Shown: positions 49,940 through 60,458, counted from the stretch's first letter. The stretch is DNA of 64,000 nt from Longimicrobiales bacterium (GCA_965226375.1 CBDDCX010000008.1:1856001-1920000), one strand, 5' to 3'. Program-made: numbers and translations. The notes: generated by a model not told the origin, from the sequence alone.

Positions 49940-50482
49940 CTACGGCAGGTAGCGCTCGGGCAAGGGATTGTTCTCCTGCTCCCCCGTCCAGACCATGGTG
50001 ACGATCTTCCATCCTTCGTCGGTGTTGGCCAGTTGGAAGGCGGCTGCGCCCCGACCTGTTTCCGGCCCTCCACGCGACCGGCGAGCCACATAGCTCGTGA
50101 ATACGCTAGCTAGCGACGCCACCGTACGACTCGGTCACATCGTGGATCATCTCCTCGACGAATCCACGGCCGTCGATGCCGAGTCCGCTCTGGACGATCC
50201 ACTCCGGCACGCTCCAGGTGCGGGTGTCGTCGGGGCTCGCCAGCTCGGCCCTGACGCTGACGAATCGGGCTCCGGGCATGAACAGGGTCGACCACTCCTG
50301 CCAGTCGCGATCCTCGCCCTCGTCTCCAGACATGCCCGTGTAGAGTGCCTCGACGGTTTGGAGGATGCTCGGTCTGGGTGCTGAGCCGCGAGTGCCGTCG
50401 GACCGGCCACGGTGCCGATCAGGGGTACCATCAAAGTCGAAGCAGCAAACAATGTGCTGCGGAACTGGAGACCACACTTCAT
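49940..50482 (-). pseudogene. Exported NTF2-like protein with two frameshifts
   Basis: RBS, ATG and signal peptide; frame change near 50370; LFMPGARF core; CTAG duplication at ~50106-50113; C-terminus FQLANTDEGWKIVTMVW in another frame. Confidence 0.75.
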
Positions 50483-50541
50483 CGTCTTCACCCCTCCGTC
50501 ACTGGTTCTCGGCAACCCAGGCAGGTCCCGGGAGCTTCCGG

Positions 50542-50572
50542 ACGTTACAACTTCAAGTAAGCTTGAAGTCAA
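50542..50572 (-). promoter_or_regulatory. SoxR-type promoter (SoxR box between -35 and -10)
   Basis: -35 TTGACT, 19-nt spacer, -10 TAACGT; palindrome ACTTCAAG-TAAG-CTTGAAGT at 50550-50569. Confidence 0.85.
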
Positions 50573-50628
50573 GGGTGGGCGAGCAGGGCAGCACCTGGGC
50601 CGCTGCGGAATTCCAGAAAGCGGGTCCG

Positions 50629-51771
50629 CTAGGGCGTCCCGAACAGTCCCGTACTGGGATGGAACGTCGCCCAGGCGAACCAGAACGAAACGAACGCATC
50701 TGGAACCAACTCGAGGACGGAGCCCGAGAGAGGACCGGAGATGGCCGTCCCCTGCAGAGTCCATTCGCTCCCGTTTTCCACGTCGAAAAAGCCATCGTCC
50801 CGTGCCTCGAACGTGAGCGCTTGGCCGTTTACCCTCGGCACGAACGCTACCGCAGCCGCGGCATCGGTTGACCAGAATACCACGATGGAGCGGGTTCCCT
50901 GGACGTCATCGTGGACCACCGCTTTGTCGCCCAGATCGTTGAGCAGAGTGAAGGGAAACGCCATCCCGAAGCCGTCGTCACGTGGAATGCCGAGAACCCG
51001 TTCTTTTGGGGGACGCCGCGGATCGTGCGTGCCCTGCGGAAATACGGTCTCTCCGTTGTTGAGAACTGCGTAGTCACCGTACGGATAGAATTCGTAGTCC
51101 CGATCGATGCCCAGCACGCCTGAGACGACAGTGGTCGTGGGGTGCAGCGACTCCCAAGCGTCCCAACGCATTTCGATCGAAGGATACATCGGCAAAGCCT
51201 CGCCGTCGCGAGGACCACAGCGAGCCCCACGCAGGAACTGGGGAAACCACGACTCCTGCCCTCCGTCTTGCCTCCGGTCGAACATGATCAGGTTGTTCTT
51301 GTAGACCAGACCCGAAACCCCGAAGTCGCGTCCCTCGATTGTCGAGCGATCGAAGACCATGCTGGACCCCGTCAAGGGGCAGTACGTGATGGCGAGCTTA
51401 ACTCCGCTGTGCCCGAAATTCAGGATCTCATGGTGCCACAGGATGTTGTGCGGAATCGCGAAAAACTCGCCCGCTATCTCCAGACCGATCACCCGATCGA
51501 ATTCCCTCAGATACCCGACATCCTCATGATCAGGGGCAAGGAAGGGCGGGTTCAGCAGCGCCGGAATTCCACCTCTCGCCACACCGCCAGAGACGATATC
51601 TGCTTCGGGGATGCTGCAGAACGTCGCCACCGACGGTGGACCATCGTCCTGGTTAGGGGGAGAGGTCCCGTCACCCCCGCCACACGCCGAAATGGCCAGG
51701 GCGATCGCGGCCACGACGGCCACTCTGGCTCCCAGGGTTTGGGGGTCGCGCACGAAATCGGCACAAGCCAC
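50629..51771 (-). CDS. DUF3179-family lipoprotein (Cys form)
   Basis: Lipobox ISAC; GGIPAL, ILWHHEILN, TYCPLTGS, FGVSGL, FWFAW..FHP. Confidence 0.85.
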   Translation of the reverse strand: MACADFVRDPQTLGARVAVVAAIALAISACGGGDGTSPPNQDDGPPSVATFCSIPEADIVSGGVARGGIPALLNPPFLAPDHEDVGYLREFDRVIGLEIAGEFFAIPHNILWHHEILNFGHSGVKLAITYCPLTGSSMVFDRSTIEGRDFGVSGLVYKNNLIMFDRRQDGGQESWFPQFLRGARCGPRDGEALPMYPSIEMRWDAWESLHPTTTVVSGVLGIDRDYEFYPYGDYAVLNNGETVFPQGTHDPRRPPKERVLGIPRDDGFGMAFPFTLLNDLGDKAVVHDDVQGTRSIVVFWSTDAAAAVAFVPRVNGQALTFEARDDGFFDVENGSEWTLQGTAISGPLSGSVLELVPDAFVSFWFAWATFHPSTGLFGTP

Positions 51772-52090
51772 TAGTTTCCACCTTGCAAGGGATGTAGCAC
51801 TTGTTGTTAACTCTCGACGACGGTGAGGGGTTCCCTCGGGTTAAGGCTGAGTTTCCCCACCCCGGAGTAACTACGCAACTAATCTTGAAACGACTTCACA
51901 TCTCTTTGGGGAAACCCTGACGAAGCGCATTAGGGAGCACGTATCTTTTGCTTCGAAACATACGTACGGCGGAATCAATCAGGGGTATAGGGGCCTGGAA
52001 CACACACCAAGAGCCTGGTGTCGCTGAGGTCAGCCCACATCACACCAGAGACCACCAGATGACCGAGCTATCCGCCCATTCCAGGCTGGC

Positions 52091-52552
52091 TCAGCCGGGT
52101 GGCTGCGGCCCATCCAGCATCCGCGCCAGAGCCCTAAACGTCAGCGCCGCGCAGGCGCGGTCACCGAGCTCCAGACAGGTGTCGCCCAGCAACCGATATC
52201 CATCGGGCTCGACGGGATCGACCACGACGGCCTTACTGAGGAGACGCACCGCCAGCCCCGTCTGACCGAGCCGGAGGGCTACGCGGCCGGCGCCCCTGAG
52301 CACAGCGCCCTCGGGAGTCGATAGATCGTGCGAATTCCAGGCCCTGACGCGTGCAATCGCGGCCAGCGCACCGGACCTCTCGGATGAGGCGGACGCGACA
52401 CCCGAGTCCAGACCCTCACCCCACATTCCCATCCCTGGCGCCGCGATCCCCAGAGCCACGATGCCCACCGCGATGAGCGGCCACAGCCCGCTAATCCCGC
52501 CTCTGGTCCGGCAACACGATCCCGTGTCGCACCTCTCACACCTCTGCCTCAT
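52091..52552 (-). CDS. Hypothetical protein with TM segment and TPR-like repeat
   Basis: Hydrophobic segment, then AVRLLSKAVVVDP..YRLLGD. Co-oriented after the HEAT gene. Confidence 0.5.
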   Translation of the reverse strand: MRQRCERCDTGSCCRTRGGISGLWPLIAVGIVALGIAAPGMGMWGEGLDSGVASASSERSGALAAIARVRAWNSHDLSTPEGAVLRGAGRVALRLGQTGLAVRLLSKAVVVDPVEPDGYRLLGDTCLELGDRACAALTFRALARMLDGPQPPG

Positions 52553-52564
52553 CTGCCCGTCCCC

Positions 52565-53209
52565 CTATTCGATTCTTCCCAGAGCCCATGCCACTGCAGT
52601 TCGCACGTCGACGTCTTGCTCGGAGTCCAAGGCGGCGATCAGGGCCGGGATCGCGCCGGAACTCTCCGTTCGTCCAAGAGCGACCGCGGCCACGTATCGC
52701 ACATCCGGTTCCGTATCACCCAGTGCATCGACGAGCACCGGGACGGCGTCCGTACGACCCGCAAAACCCAGAGCCATCAGGGAGGCTCGCCGCCCCGAAG
52801 ACCGGCGATCTCGAGCGATCGCCATGAGACGCCTGCTCGTGCTCGCATCATCCACACGACCGAGCAATCGCGCGGCCACCCCTTGAACACAGGGATCAGA
52901 CGCCGTCAAGCCGGCCATGAGCTCATCGACGTCGAGTGAGCCGGGCTCACCCCGCTGCGCCCACGTGGCCACTTCGCCGGCCCTCGGGTCCGCAAGGCCG
53001 CCGAGCATCATCTTCGGTCGCACACTGCTACCGCCCCATCGGTTCTCCAACGCGCTGAGAATCAGATGGCACGCCGCCCCATCCGTCCCCTCCACAGCTG
53101 ACAAGAGGGCCGAGGCGAGCGGCGCCTGATGGGCAGGAGCCGCCCCTGCCGCCAAGCCCATTCCCGCTATCACCAGCGCTTGCCCGGTCACCGCATTCAG
53201 CCAACCCAT
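52565..53209 (-). CDS. HEAT-repeat protein
   Basis: AVPVLVDALGDTEPDVRYVAAVALG and AIPALIAAL..DVRTAVAWALG. Confidence 0.82.
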   Translation of the reverse strand: MGWLNAVTGQALVIAGMGLAAGAAPAHQAPLASALLSAVEGTDGAACHLILSALENRWGGSSVRPKMMLGGLADPRAGEVATWAQRGEPGSLDVDELMAGLTASDPCVQGVAARLLGRVDDASTSRRLMAIARDRRSSGRRASLMALGFAGRTDAVPVLVDALGDTEPDVRYVAAVALGRTESSGAIPALIAALDSEQDVDVRTAVAWALGRIE

Positions 53210-53212
53210 CGA

Positions 53213-53392
53213 TTACTGTCCCTCCAGGCTCGGACGCCGGCGCGTCCTGCGCGATGTCGAGCGCTTGTCCCCGGCGAGCGCTCGCGCCGCAGCCTCTCGC
53301 ACCTTCGGATCGTCATCGTCCAGAAGCTGAACGATGACGCGCACCGCCGCCTCGTCAGCGATGTTGGCCAATCCATGTAGGGCCTTGGATAG
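53213..53392 (-). pseudogene. C-terminal fragment of a second HEAT-repeat protein
   Basis: A frame different from the permease reads KALHGLANIADEAAVRVIVQLLDDDDPKVREAAARALAG...*. Confidence 0.7.
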
Positions 53393-55710
53393 GTCGTGAA
53401 GGGGCGCACATTGGCGGGCACCAAACCGGCATCCACCGAACGCACGGCCAAGCGCATGGGTGTCGCCAACTGTCCCGGAGGAAGGTCGGTTCGAAGGAGA
53501 TACGACATCTCGACGAAGTTCCAGTCGCGAACCGGGAAGTAGATGGTCTCACGGCCTTCCTCGCGAATGTCGTCGAACCGGACGTGCTCCACGACACCGA
53601 TGACGCGAGCGAAGTAGCGGTCCCACTCGAAGCCGTCCTGTGAGGGCCGCATCACCCTCAGTTCGCGTCCGATCGGGTCCTCACCCGGCCACGCGCGCTC
53701 AGCCATCTTCTCGTCGATCACGACCACTGATTCCGCTTCCTGCTCGTTGTCGGCCCAAGTGAAATCGCGGCCGGCCCTGAGCTGGGTCTCCGCGGTCTCG
53801 AAGAACCCCGGAAGCACCACTCGATAGTCCCCCTCATTGCGGCTCCATTCCTGCTCGTCGTCCGTAAGCGCGAACGGTCCGAACCAGAGGTGGCCCTGTC
53901 CCGACAGCGGGAGTGGGCTGATACCTGAAACCGACATAACCCCTGCAACGCCGGACAACGCGACGCCCACCTCTCGAAAAAGCTGCACCCGTTGCTCTTG
54001 AGATGTCCCGAAGAACTCGGGGGTGACGTTGCCGACCAGGACCCCTTCGGCCTCGAACCCGGGCTTGACGTCCTGAAGCGCCACGAAGGTCCTCAGCAGG
54101 AGCCCTCCACCGATGAGCAGTACGAGCGTGAGCGAGATCTCGGAGACGACGAGCGAATCGCGAAGTCTGTGCACTCCCCGATCCGCCCCACCCTGACCTC
54201 GACGCCCGAAAGCACTCATCAGATCGGGGCGCGAGGCCTTCAAGGCCGGGACGGCGCCGAAAATCACGGCCGCGAGTCCGGACAGGCCAACCGCGAACGT
54301 GAGGGCCAGAAGGTCGACTCCGATGGAGTCACCCCTCGGCAGCGACGTGGGCTGGAGCGTGAGCGCCCCGCGCACCCCCGCCACCGCTAGGCCGACGCCC
54401 AGGAGCCCGCCGGTCAGCGCCAACATGCCACTCTCGACCAATACCTGCCGCGCGATTCGGAAGCGGCCCCCGCCCAACGCCGCCCGGATCGCCATCTCCT
54501 GAGCCCTGGCTTGCGACCGGATGATCTGCAGGTTCGCCACGTTAGCGCACGCGATGAGCAGAACGAGCGCCACGGCAACGAGCAGCGTGACCAGGAGGGG
54601 TTGAACATGGCTCACCACGTCGGCGTGCAGCGAGACCGCCGCGAACTCCATGCCTACGTTCTCATGGAAGGCGTTCTCGGCCCGCATCTCTTCGGAGAGG
54701 GCCTCGAGTTCCGCATCCACCTGTGCCCAAGTCGCCCCAGGGGAGAGGCGGGCGATGGTGGTGAGGAACTGTTGGTCGCGAGTTCCCTGGTCCAGCGGAA
54801 ATCCCATGGGGGTCCAGACATCTACCGTGCCCGGGAGGGATCCCTCTGCCGGCAAGTACAGACGAAAGTCCGTCGGCAAGATCCCGACGATTTCCATGTT
54901 CTGCCCGGCGATCGATACGACGCGTCCCAGAACCGACGGATCCGAGCCGAAGTGCCCCTGCCAAAGAGCAGTGGAAATAACCGCGACGGTGGGAGGAGGG
55001 ACAACCGTAGGATTCGTGAACGCTGCGGGATCGACTTCGAGATGGTCGTCGGGAGTGAACGTGCGTCCCAGGGCGGCCGAGACCCCGATGAGGTCGAAGA
55101 AGTTCACGGTCGTAAACCCGAGCACGACCTGCCGGGGCTCAAAGTCTCCGGTGATCGTGGAGCGCGTGCCGAAGACGCCCGCGATCTGCTCGAACGTTCG
55201 GGCTCGCTCACGGAAGTCCAACAGGTCGAGGCCGGACAGAGGCGCCCGGTCCACCGAGGTCGTGGTCATACGCCCCCAGATGAGCCCGATGTCCTCCGGC
55301 TTCTCATATGGAAGCGGCTGGAGAAGCACTCCGTTGACGACGCTGAAGATCGCCGTGTTGGCTCCGATCCCGAGCGCGAGCGTCACGATCACGACGATCG
55401 AGAACCCGGGCGCCTTCATGAGGGTGCGCGCTGCCACACGAATCTCAGTCCACAGTTGTCCCATCACCTCACCTCCCTCGTCTCCAGGACTCACACCCCG
55501 CCAGGCGCCGAAGTGCGCCCCCACGAGATCCACCAGCGCCCGCGGCCAGATCACGAACGGGCCCATCCATCCCCAACGCCGTCCGGCCGCCCGGACCCAG
55601 ACCTGAAAGACGCGCTCCAACTCGGGGCCGTTTCGCTCCCGGAAGTCTCTCGGAAGAGTACCGAGGAGCACCCGATAAAGACGCGCGTGGAGCGGCCACT
55701 TTACACTCAT
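53393..55710 (-). pseudogene. ADOP-type (MacB/FtsX duplicated) ABC permease lacking its last FtsX domain
   Basis: TLALGIGANTAIFSVV, LLIACANVANL, EMAIRAALG. Homology stops at NVRPFTTY and the remaining ORF tail is out-of-frame HEAT sequence. Confidence 0.82.
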
Positions 55711-56027
55711 GCGCGCGACTCGAGCTTGCGCCGCGCGGCGCGTCCGAGGGCGAGAAGACGTTCAGCCTCCCGCGCGAGTGCCTGACGACCCTCGGGTGTA
55801 AGGCGGAAGTACCGCCGACGGCCGCTCGCTCCTTCGGGTCGGCTCGAGGGATCCGTCAGCTCAACGACAGAGCCGTCCTCCATCAAAGCTTCCAACGCCC
55901 GATACAGGGTGACCGGCCAGAGCGTCACTTCGCCGTTCGTCGTACGGGCGACCTCTCGAACGATGCCGCTGCCGTGCCGATCCCCGTCGGAGAGGGCCAT
56001 AAGGATGTGGAATGGGTGGGTTTTCAC
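55707..56027 (-). CDS. PadR-family transcriptional regulator
   Basis: HILMAL..GDRHG, TLYRAL, RRRYFRLTPEG; ATGA overlap with the permease. Confidence 0.9.
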   Translation of the reverse strand: MKTHPFHILMALSDGDRHGSGIVREVARTTNGEVTLWPVTLYRALEALMEDGSVVELTDPSSRPEGASGRRRYFRLTPEGRQALAREAERLLALGRAARRKLESRA

Positions 56028-56040
56028 GTTGGTGTGCCTA

Positions 56041-56073
56041 TTTTATACAATGATATAATACATAAGTATAAAA
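56041..56073. promoter_or_regulatory. AT-rich inverted repeat, probable PadR operator/promoter
   Basis: TTTTATAC-N17-GTATAAAA 13 nt upstream of the padR start, in an otherwise GC-rich context. Confidence 0.6.
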
Positions 56074-56141
56074 CAGGATCAAGATGAAGGGTAGGCTCCT
56101 CCGGCTCACTACTCTTCACGATCTCAACAATTCGGCGTCGC

Positions 56142-56783
56142 CTAGGACGGCCCGATGGCAAGCTCTCCCTTTAGGGCATGGCCGTCGGCATGCGTGGAAT
56201 TGAGCTCACTGCTCTTGACCCACCAGTAGAGGGCGAACATCCAGATGGCCGCCCCCTCCATCACGAATGTCAACTGCTCGAGCCTCGGAGCGAGGAGCCA
56301 GACAGTCACCGGCACAACCGCCAAGAGAACGCCGAGCAACTTGTACCATACCCGGTACCGTTTCTTGCGTGTGTCGTCCTCTATCAGATAGAGCGTGTCC
56401 GATGCACGGAACCAGCACACGTAGGCAATGGTGAGGAACACTCCGACTACACCGACAGTGTGCATCGACATAGCCTCCTGCGTTGGGAAGAGCGCAACGA
56501 TGCCCGCGGAGATCCCGGTCACGTTGAGCGCCCGATTCTCCCAGTGGCTGAAGCCCTTGTATAGGCAAAGGCACGCACCGACAGCGAAGAGAATGCCGAC
56601 GAACACGTCGCGCATCAGGCCACCGGCGTGGTAGGCGGCACTCATGGATGAACGATGTATGTCGTCCGCCGAGAGCCCGAGAAACCAGAGCAACGGAGGG
56701 AAGACGATCCCCAGGACGACGACGCCGTAGCGAAGAGTGAGGTACGTCTTGAATACGTGCTTGTGCAGGTCATCCGAGTCCAT
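56142..56783 (-). CDS. DUF998-like integral membrane protein
   Basis: YLTLR..VVLG, SMSAAYH, RDVFVG.LFAVG..LYKG; about 6 TM helices. Confidence 0.7.
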   Translation of the reverse strand: MDSDDLHKHVFKTYLTLRYGVVVLGIVFPPLLWFLGLSADDIHRSSMSAAYHAGGLMRDVFVGILFAVGACLCLYKGFSHWENRALNVTGISAGIVALFPTQEAMSMHTVGVVGVFLTIAYVCWFRASDTLYLIEDDTRKKRYRVWYKLLGVLLAVVPVTVWLLAPRLEQLTFVMEGAAIWMFALYWWVKSSELNSTHADGHALKGELAIGPS

Positions 56784-56917
56784 GGCTCCCCCTCCCCGAC
56801 CATCGGGCCGGATTCTGAAGTCCATCTTCCTTAGACGAGAGCGAGAACCAACTTCCGCTCTCCTTTCCCTTCCGCCGCTGGGGGGGCGCCTCTCTCAACG
56901 CGTCCCTCGGCGGCCCC

Positions 56918-57465
56918 TTACACCAGGCCCATGGCCCACATGACCCAGACCGCCGCAAAGGAGGCGGTACCCCCCACGAACGTGGCGCCCCCGATTCCCA
57001 CGAGCGCCTCCCGCACCTCCATCCCGGTGAGTGACGTGCAGACCCAGAAGTAGCTGGAGTTCACGTACTTGATGATCACCGAACCCGATGCCCCGGACAG
57101 CATGGCCGCCTCGGGCGACAGTCCCAGAGTGCCGAGCATGGGCGCCACCAGTGACGCGGCGGTAATGACGCCCACCGTCGTGGAGCCGGTGAGCATGTTG
57201 CCCAGGACACCCAGCATGAAGGGAAGCAGGATCGTGGGCAGCTCATAGGCCACGAACAGGTCGGCCACGTAGTCAACCGCCGGGGTGCCCTTGAGGATCT
57301 GGCTCAGGGATCCGCCCAGACCCGTCACCACCAGGATCATGGCAGAGGTCTTGAGCCCGTCCTTCACCCAGACGTTCACGGTCTCGGAGCTACGGTCGCC
57401 CGACCGGAGGTTCAGGATCGCCAGCCCGAGGCCGATGGCCAGGGCCACCACCGGCCATCCTATGA
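56918..57465 (-). pseudogene. C-terminal fragment of a GntP-family permease
   Basis: ILVVTGLGGSLSQIL, GSTTVGVITAA, YVNSSYFWV. The 5' part is replaced by transposase sequence. Confidence 0.8.
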
Positions 57466-58017
57466 AGGCCCTGGCCGGCCGGTTGATCCAGCAGAGCTGC
57501 CTGAAGCATGGCGTCCAGCCCCGGGTCCTGACCCTGCACTCGGATCGGGGAGCTCCAATGACGAGCCAATGCACCGCTCAACTTCTCGCTGACCTCGGCG
57601 TGACCCGCTCGTTGAGCCGGCCTCAGGTGTCGGATGACAACCCGTTTTCCGAGGCTCAGTTCAAAACCTTGAAGTACCATCCCTCGTTTCCCGGACGGTT
57701 CGGGGATCAGGGCCAAGCCAAGACGTTCTGTCGATCGTTCTTCCGCTGGTACAATGCCGAGCACCGCCATGGCGGCATCTCGATGCTAACCCCCGAGCAG
57801 GTCCACTTCGGGAACGCCGATCAGGTCATTGCCGGCAGGAAATCCGTGCTCCGCGAAGCATGGGCCGCTCATCCCGAACGCTTCGTCAGAGGTGTGCCGA
57901 ATCCCAAACCGCTCCCGGAGGCCGTCTTCATCAATCCTCCCATCCCTTCCCTCACCACACAGGACATTGCTCTCTAATTAATCCCGTAGAGTGTCCCATT
58001 GTCGTTGACAGGTTCCG
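57466..58017 (+). mobile_element. IS3-type (rve integrase) transposase 3' fragment with terminal sequence
   Basis: LHSDRG, SRPQVSDDNPFSEAQFKTLKY, WYNAEHRHGGI; ends ...GTTGACAGGTTCCG at 58017. Confidence 0.82.
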
Positions 58018-58313
58018 ATCGGGCTTAGCGGGGATAAGGGGAACAGGCTTAAGAATCAGCTCGTCGAGAACGGAGTCCTGGACGAGCAGGAGGTGAAAGC
58101 GCCCCTACGGTACTGGCTCAAGGAACACCTGATAGCTGTCCCCCTCAACCCGAATCCCAGCGAAGACCACCAAGCGGCCGTCGGGCGACCAGGAGGGCTC
58201 CGTCACCCTGTGATACCCATTAGCGAGCCGCGTCACCTCGGCACCGCCGGTGTCCAAGATCTGGAGGAATCGGGTGTACCGGTTCCGGTTTCCTGGACAA
58301 GTCGGCGGCCTAA

Positions 58314-59200
58314 TCATGCCGCCTTCAGGGTGAGCTCCTGACGGACCTGGGCCGGGGTCCGATACCCGTGCCGCTCCAGGAGCCACCCGCGGTTGTAGCG
58401 TTCGATGAACGCATCGATCTCCTGCCTGGCCTCCTCGAGGCTCTCGAAGTCGTGGAGGTACAGGCACTCTTCCTTCAGCGTCCGCATGAAGCGTTCCGCG
58501 ACGCCGTTGCACTCCGGCTCTCCTACGTACGAGGCCGTCGAGCGGATCCCGAGCCAGGCCAGCTCTCCTTGGAACTGATGGGCGGTGTACTGAGGGCCCC
58601 AGTCGTGCCGTAGGCCGAGCCCCAGAGCGATCTTGGGCGCGTAGCCGTCCATGTGGGTTCGTACACCCTGGCGGATCGGCTCGAGCGCTGCCCACCGATC
58701 GCCCTTCTTCGCCACGTGCCAGCCCACCACGTCTGTGATGCAGTGATCCACCGCCACGAAGAACCAGCACCACCCATCCTCCTTCGTGTAGAACCGCGTC
58801 GCGTCCGTACCCCACAGCTCGTTCGGCACATCCGTCGCGTGATCCGGCCGCTGTGGCTCCGGTCCCCACGCGGGTGCTTTCCGCGCCGTACGGGGGCCAG
58901 CAGCCCATTCTCCCGCATCAGCCGCAGCACGCGGTTCTTGCCCACACCGATCCCCTTGGCTCTCAGACGGGCCCGGACCTTCCGGTGGCCTTCGCCCAGG
59001 AAGTCGCTCTCCTTCAGCACCTGTCGGATCTCCTCCACCAACTCCTCGTCGCTCAGCTTCGTCTTCGGTCCGCGCTTCTTCAGCCCTGCCGGCCCGTCGC
59101 TCTCTTCTCGATCTCGGGCCGCGTAGACCGTCGAGCGCCCCACCCGCCAGACCTCGCAGATCATCGTCAGAGGGTAGAGCCGCCCTGTCCCCGGACTCAC
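58314..59200 (-). pseudogene. IS3 OrfB (DDE integrase) with an internal frameshift near 58830
   Basis: EGHRKVRARL, RVLRLMRE, then a frame change before DVPNELWGTD; RHDWGPQY, NGVAERFMRTLKEE. Confidence 0.8.
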
Positions 59201-59559
59201 CCGCGTCCGCGCTTCAAGAGCTTCTCCAGCTCGTCCCCGTACCCCCTTTTTTCCAGGAGTTCTCTCGCAAGCTCCAGTCGCATCGTCAACTCTCCCAGCT
59301 TCGCCCGGGTCCGGGTCAGCTCCCGTTCTCCAGGGTCTCGGCCCCGGCGTCTCAGTCCCTGCTGACCGGTCTCCAGGAACACCCGCCGCCATTCCTCCAG
59401 CTCCGGCGGTGAGACCTGTACCTCGCGGCTGACCTCCACCAGGTCCTCACCCCGTAGCAGGCGCAGCACCACCTCCGTTTTCTGCTGGGCACTCCACCGC
59501 TCGGGTACCTTCTCACGACCTGCGGTCGCCTTGTTCTCCCTCGGCTTCTGGGCCATCAC
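59197..59559 (-). CDS. IS3 OrfA (HTH)
   Basis: RWSAQQKTEVVLRLLRGE..VSRE; GTGA overlap with OrfB. Confidence 0.85.
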   Translation of the reverse strand: MMAQKPRENKATAGREKVPERWSAQQKTEVVLRLLRGEDLVEVSREVQVSPPELEEWRRVFLETGQQGLRRRGRDPGERELTRTRAKLGELTMRLELARELLEKRGYGDELEKLLKRGRG

Positions 59560-60458
59560 GTCCCTTTCTCTCTGGACCCGCTGTCTTTGCCAATCTACTG
59601 TCCAGAGAAATCGGGGGCGCTAAACGGGTCCCATCTGGCTCCACACTCACGAACACAAGCCGGTCGCTCTCAGGGCTCCAAGCAGGGCAGAAATCGTGGC
59701 CCCTCCGACTGGTCAACCGCGCAACGTCACCGGTGAGGAGATGGAGGAGATAGATCTCGTCGTATTCCTCGTTGGTGTCTCGGCGAGGGAAGAAGGCCAC
59801 TCGACTTCCGTCCGGCGACCACCTCGGCCAAACGTCGCGGCCGCGCGTCGACAAGAGGGACCGAGGCGTCGGTTCACCAAGGCGAACCGTCAGGATATCG
59901 AGGGAGTCGTTCAAGAATCGTGTATACGCTACCTCGAGGCCATCAGGCGACCATGCCGGGAAGAGCTCCTCTCCCGGCAATCGAGCCACCCGACGTACCT
60001 CTCTCGACGAAAGCTCCATGATGTGCAGGTCTGGCTCCCCGTTCCGGTCACTGACGAAAACCACCCGGTCTCCGTCAGGGGACCAGGACGGATAGCGATC
60101 GTCGGCGTCGGAAGTGGTCAGCGCGGTAACGGCGTTGGTCCGGAGTTCGAGAACGTAGAGGTCCCAGTTCGCGTTCCGATCTGACTCGAAAACGATGCGA
60201 GTTCCGTCAGGGCTCCACGACGGAGCTCTGCTGGTAAACACTCCCTCGGTTAGCTTGCGTACAGGGGCCTCCTGGGCGGTGGCTGGCAGCCCCGCCAACA
60301 CTGCAAGTACCGGTACCAAGGCTGTCATGCTCATCTGCCCACCCTCCCAGTCGCGCTTGACGACATGCAGTTCTGCACTCGACCAACTCTGGTGCACATG
60401 CTCGTCGCGCGCGACCCGCTAGGGCTCCCTGCGCGAACTGCGTCGCGGTCGTGCTCCG

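Larger units (their letters stand above)
58275..59624 (-). mobile_element. Complete IS3-family element (1350 bp) with 4-bp target duplication CGGG
   Basis: Imperfect IRs TGTACCGGTTCCGGTTTCCTGGACA / TTTAGCGCCCCCGATTTCTCTGGACA; CGGG at 58271-58274 and 59625-59628. Confidence 0.9.
58105..60334 (-). pseudogene. TolB-like/PD40 exported protein interrupted by an IS3 element
   Basis: PSWSPDG repeats on both sides of the IS. Removing the IS and one CGGG restores the frame EPDGT-RFLQ. Confidence 0.88.

Noticed and set aside
50629..51771. DUF3179 protein as a third selenoprotein
   Set aside because: The ORF is uninterrupted and has Cys in TYCPL; no in-frame TGA.
59242..59254. A6G5 run as a canonical IS3 -1 frameshift site
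   Set aside because: The A-AAA-AAG heptamer is phased to OrfB and not OrfA, and OrfB has its own coupled GTG. Slippage is possible but unsupported.
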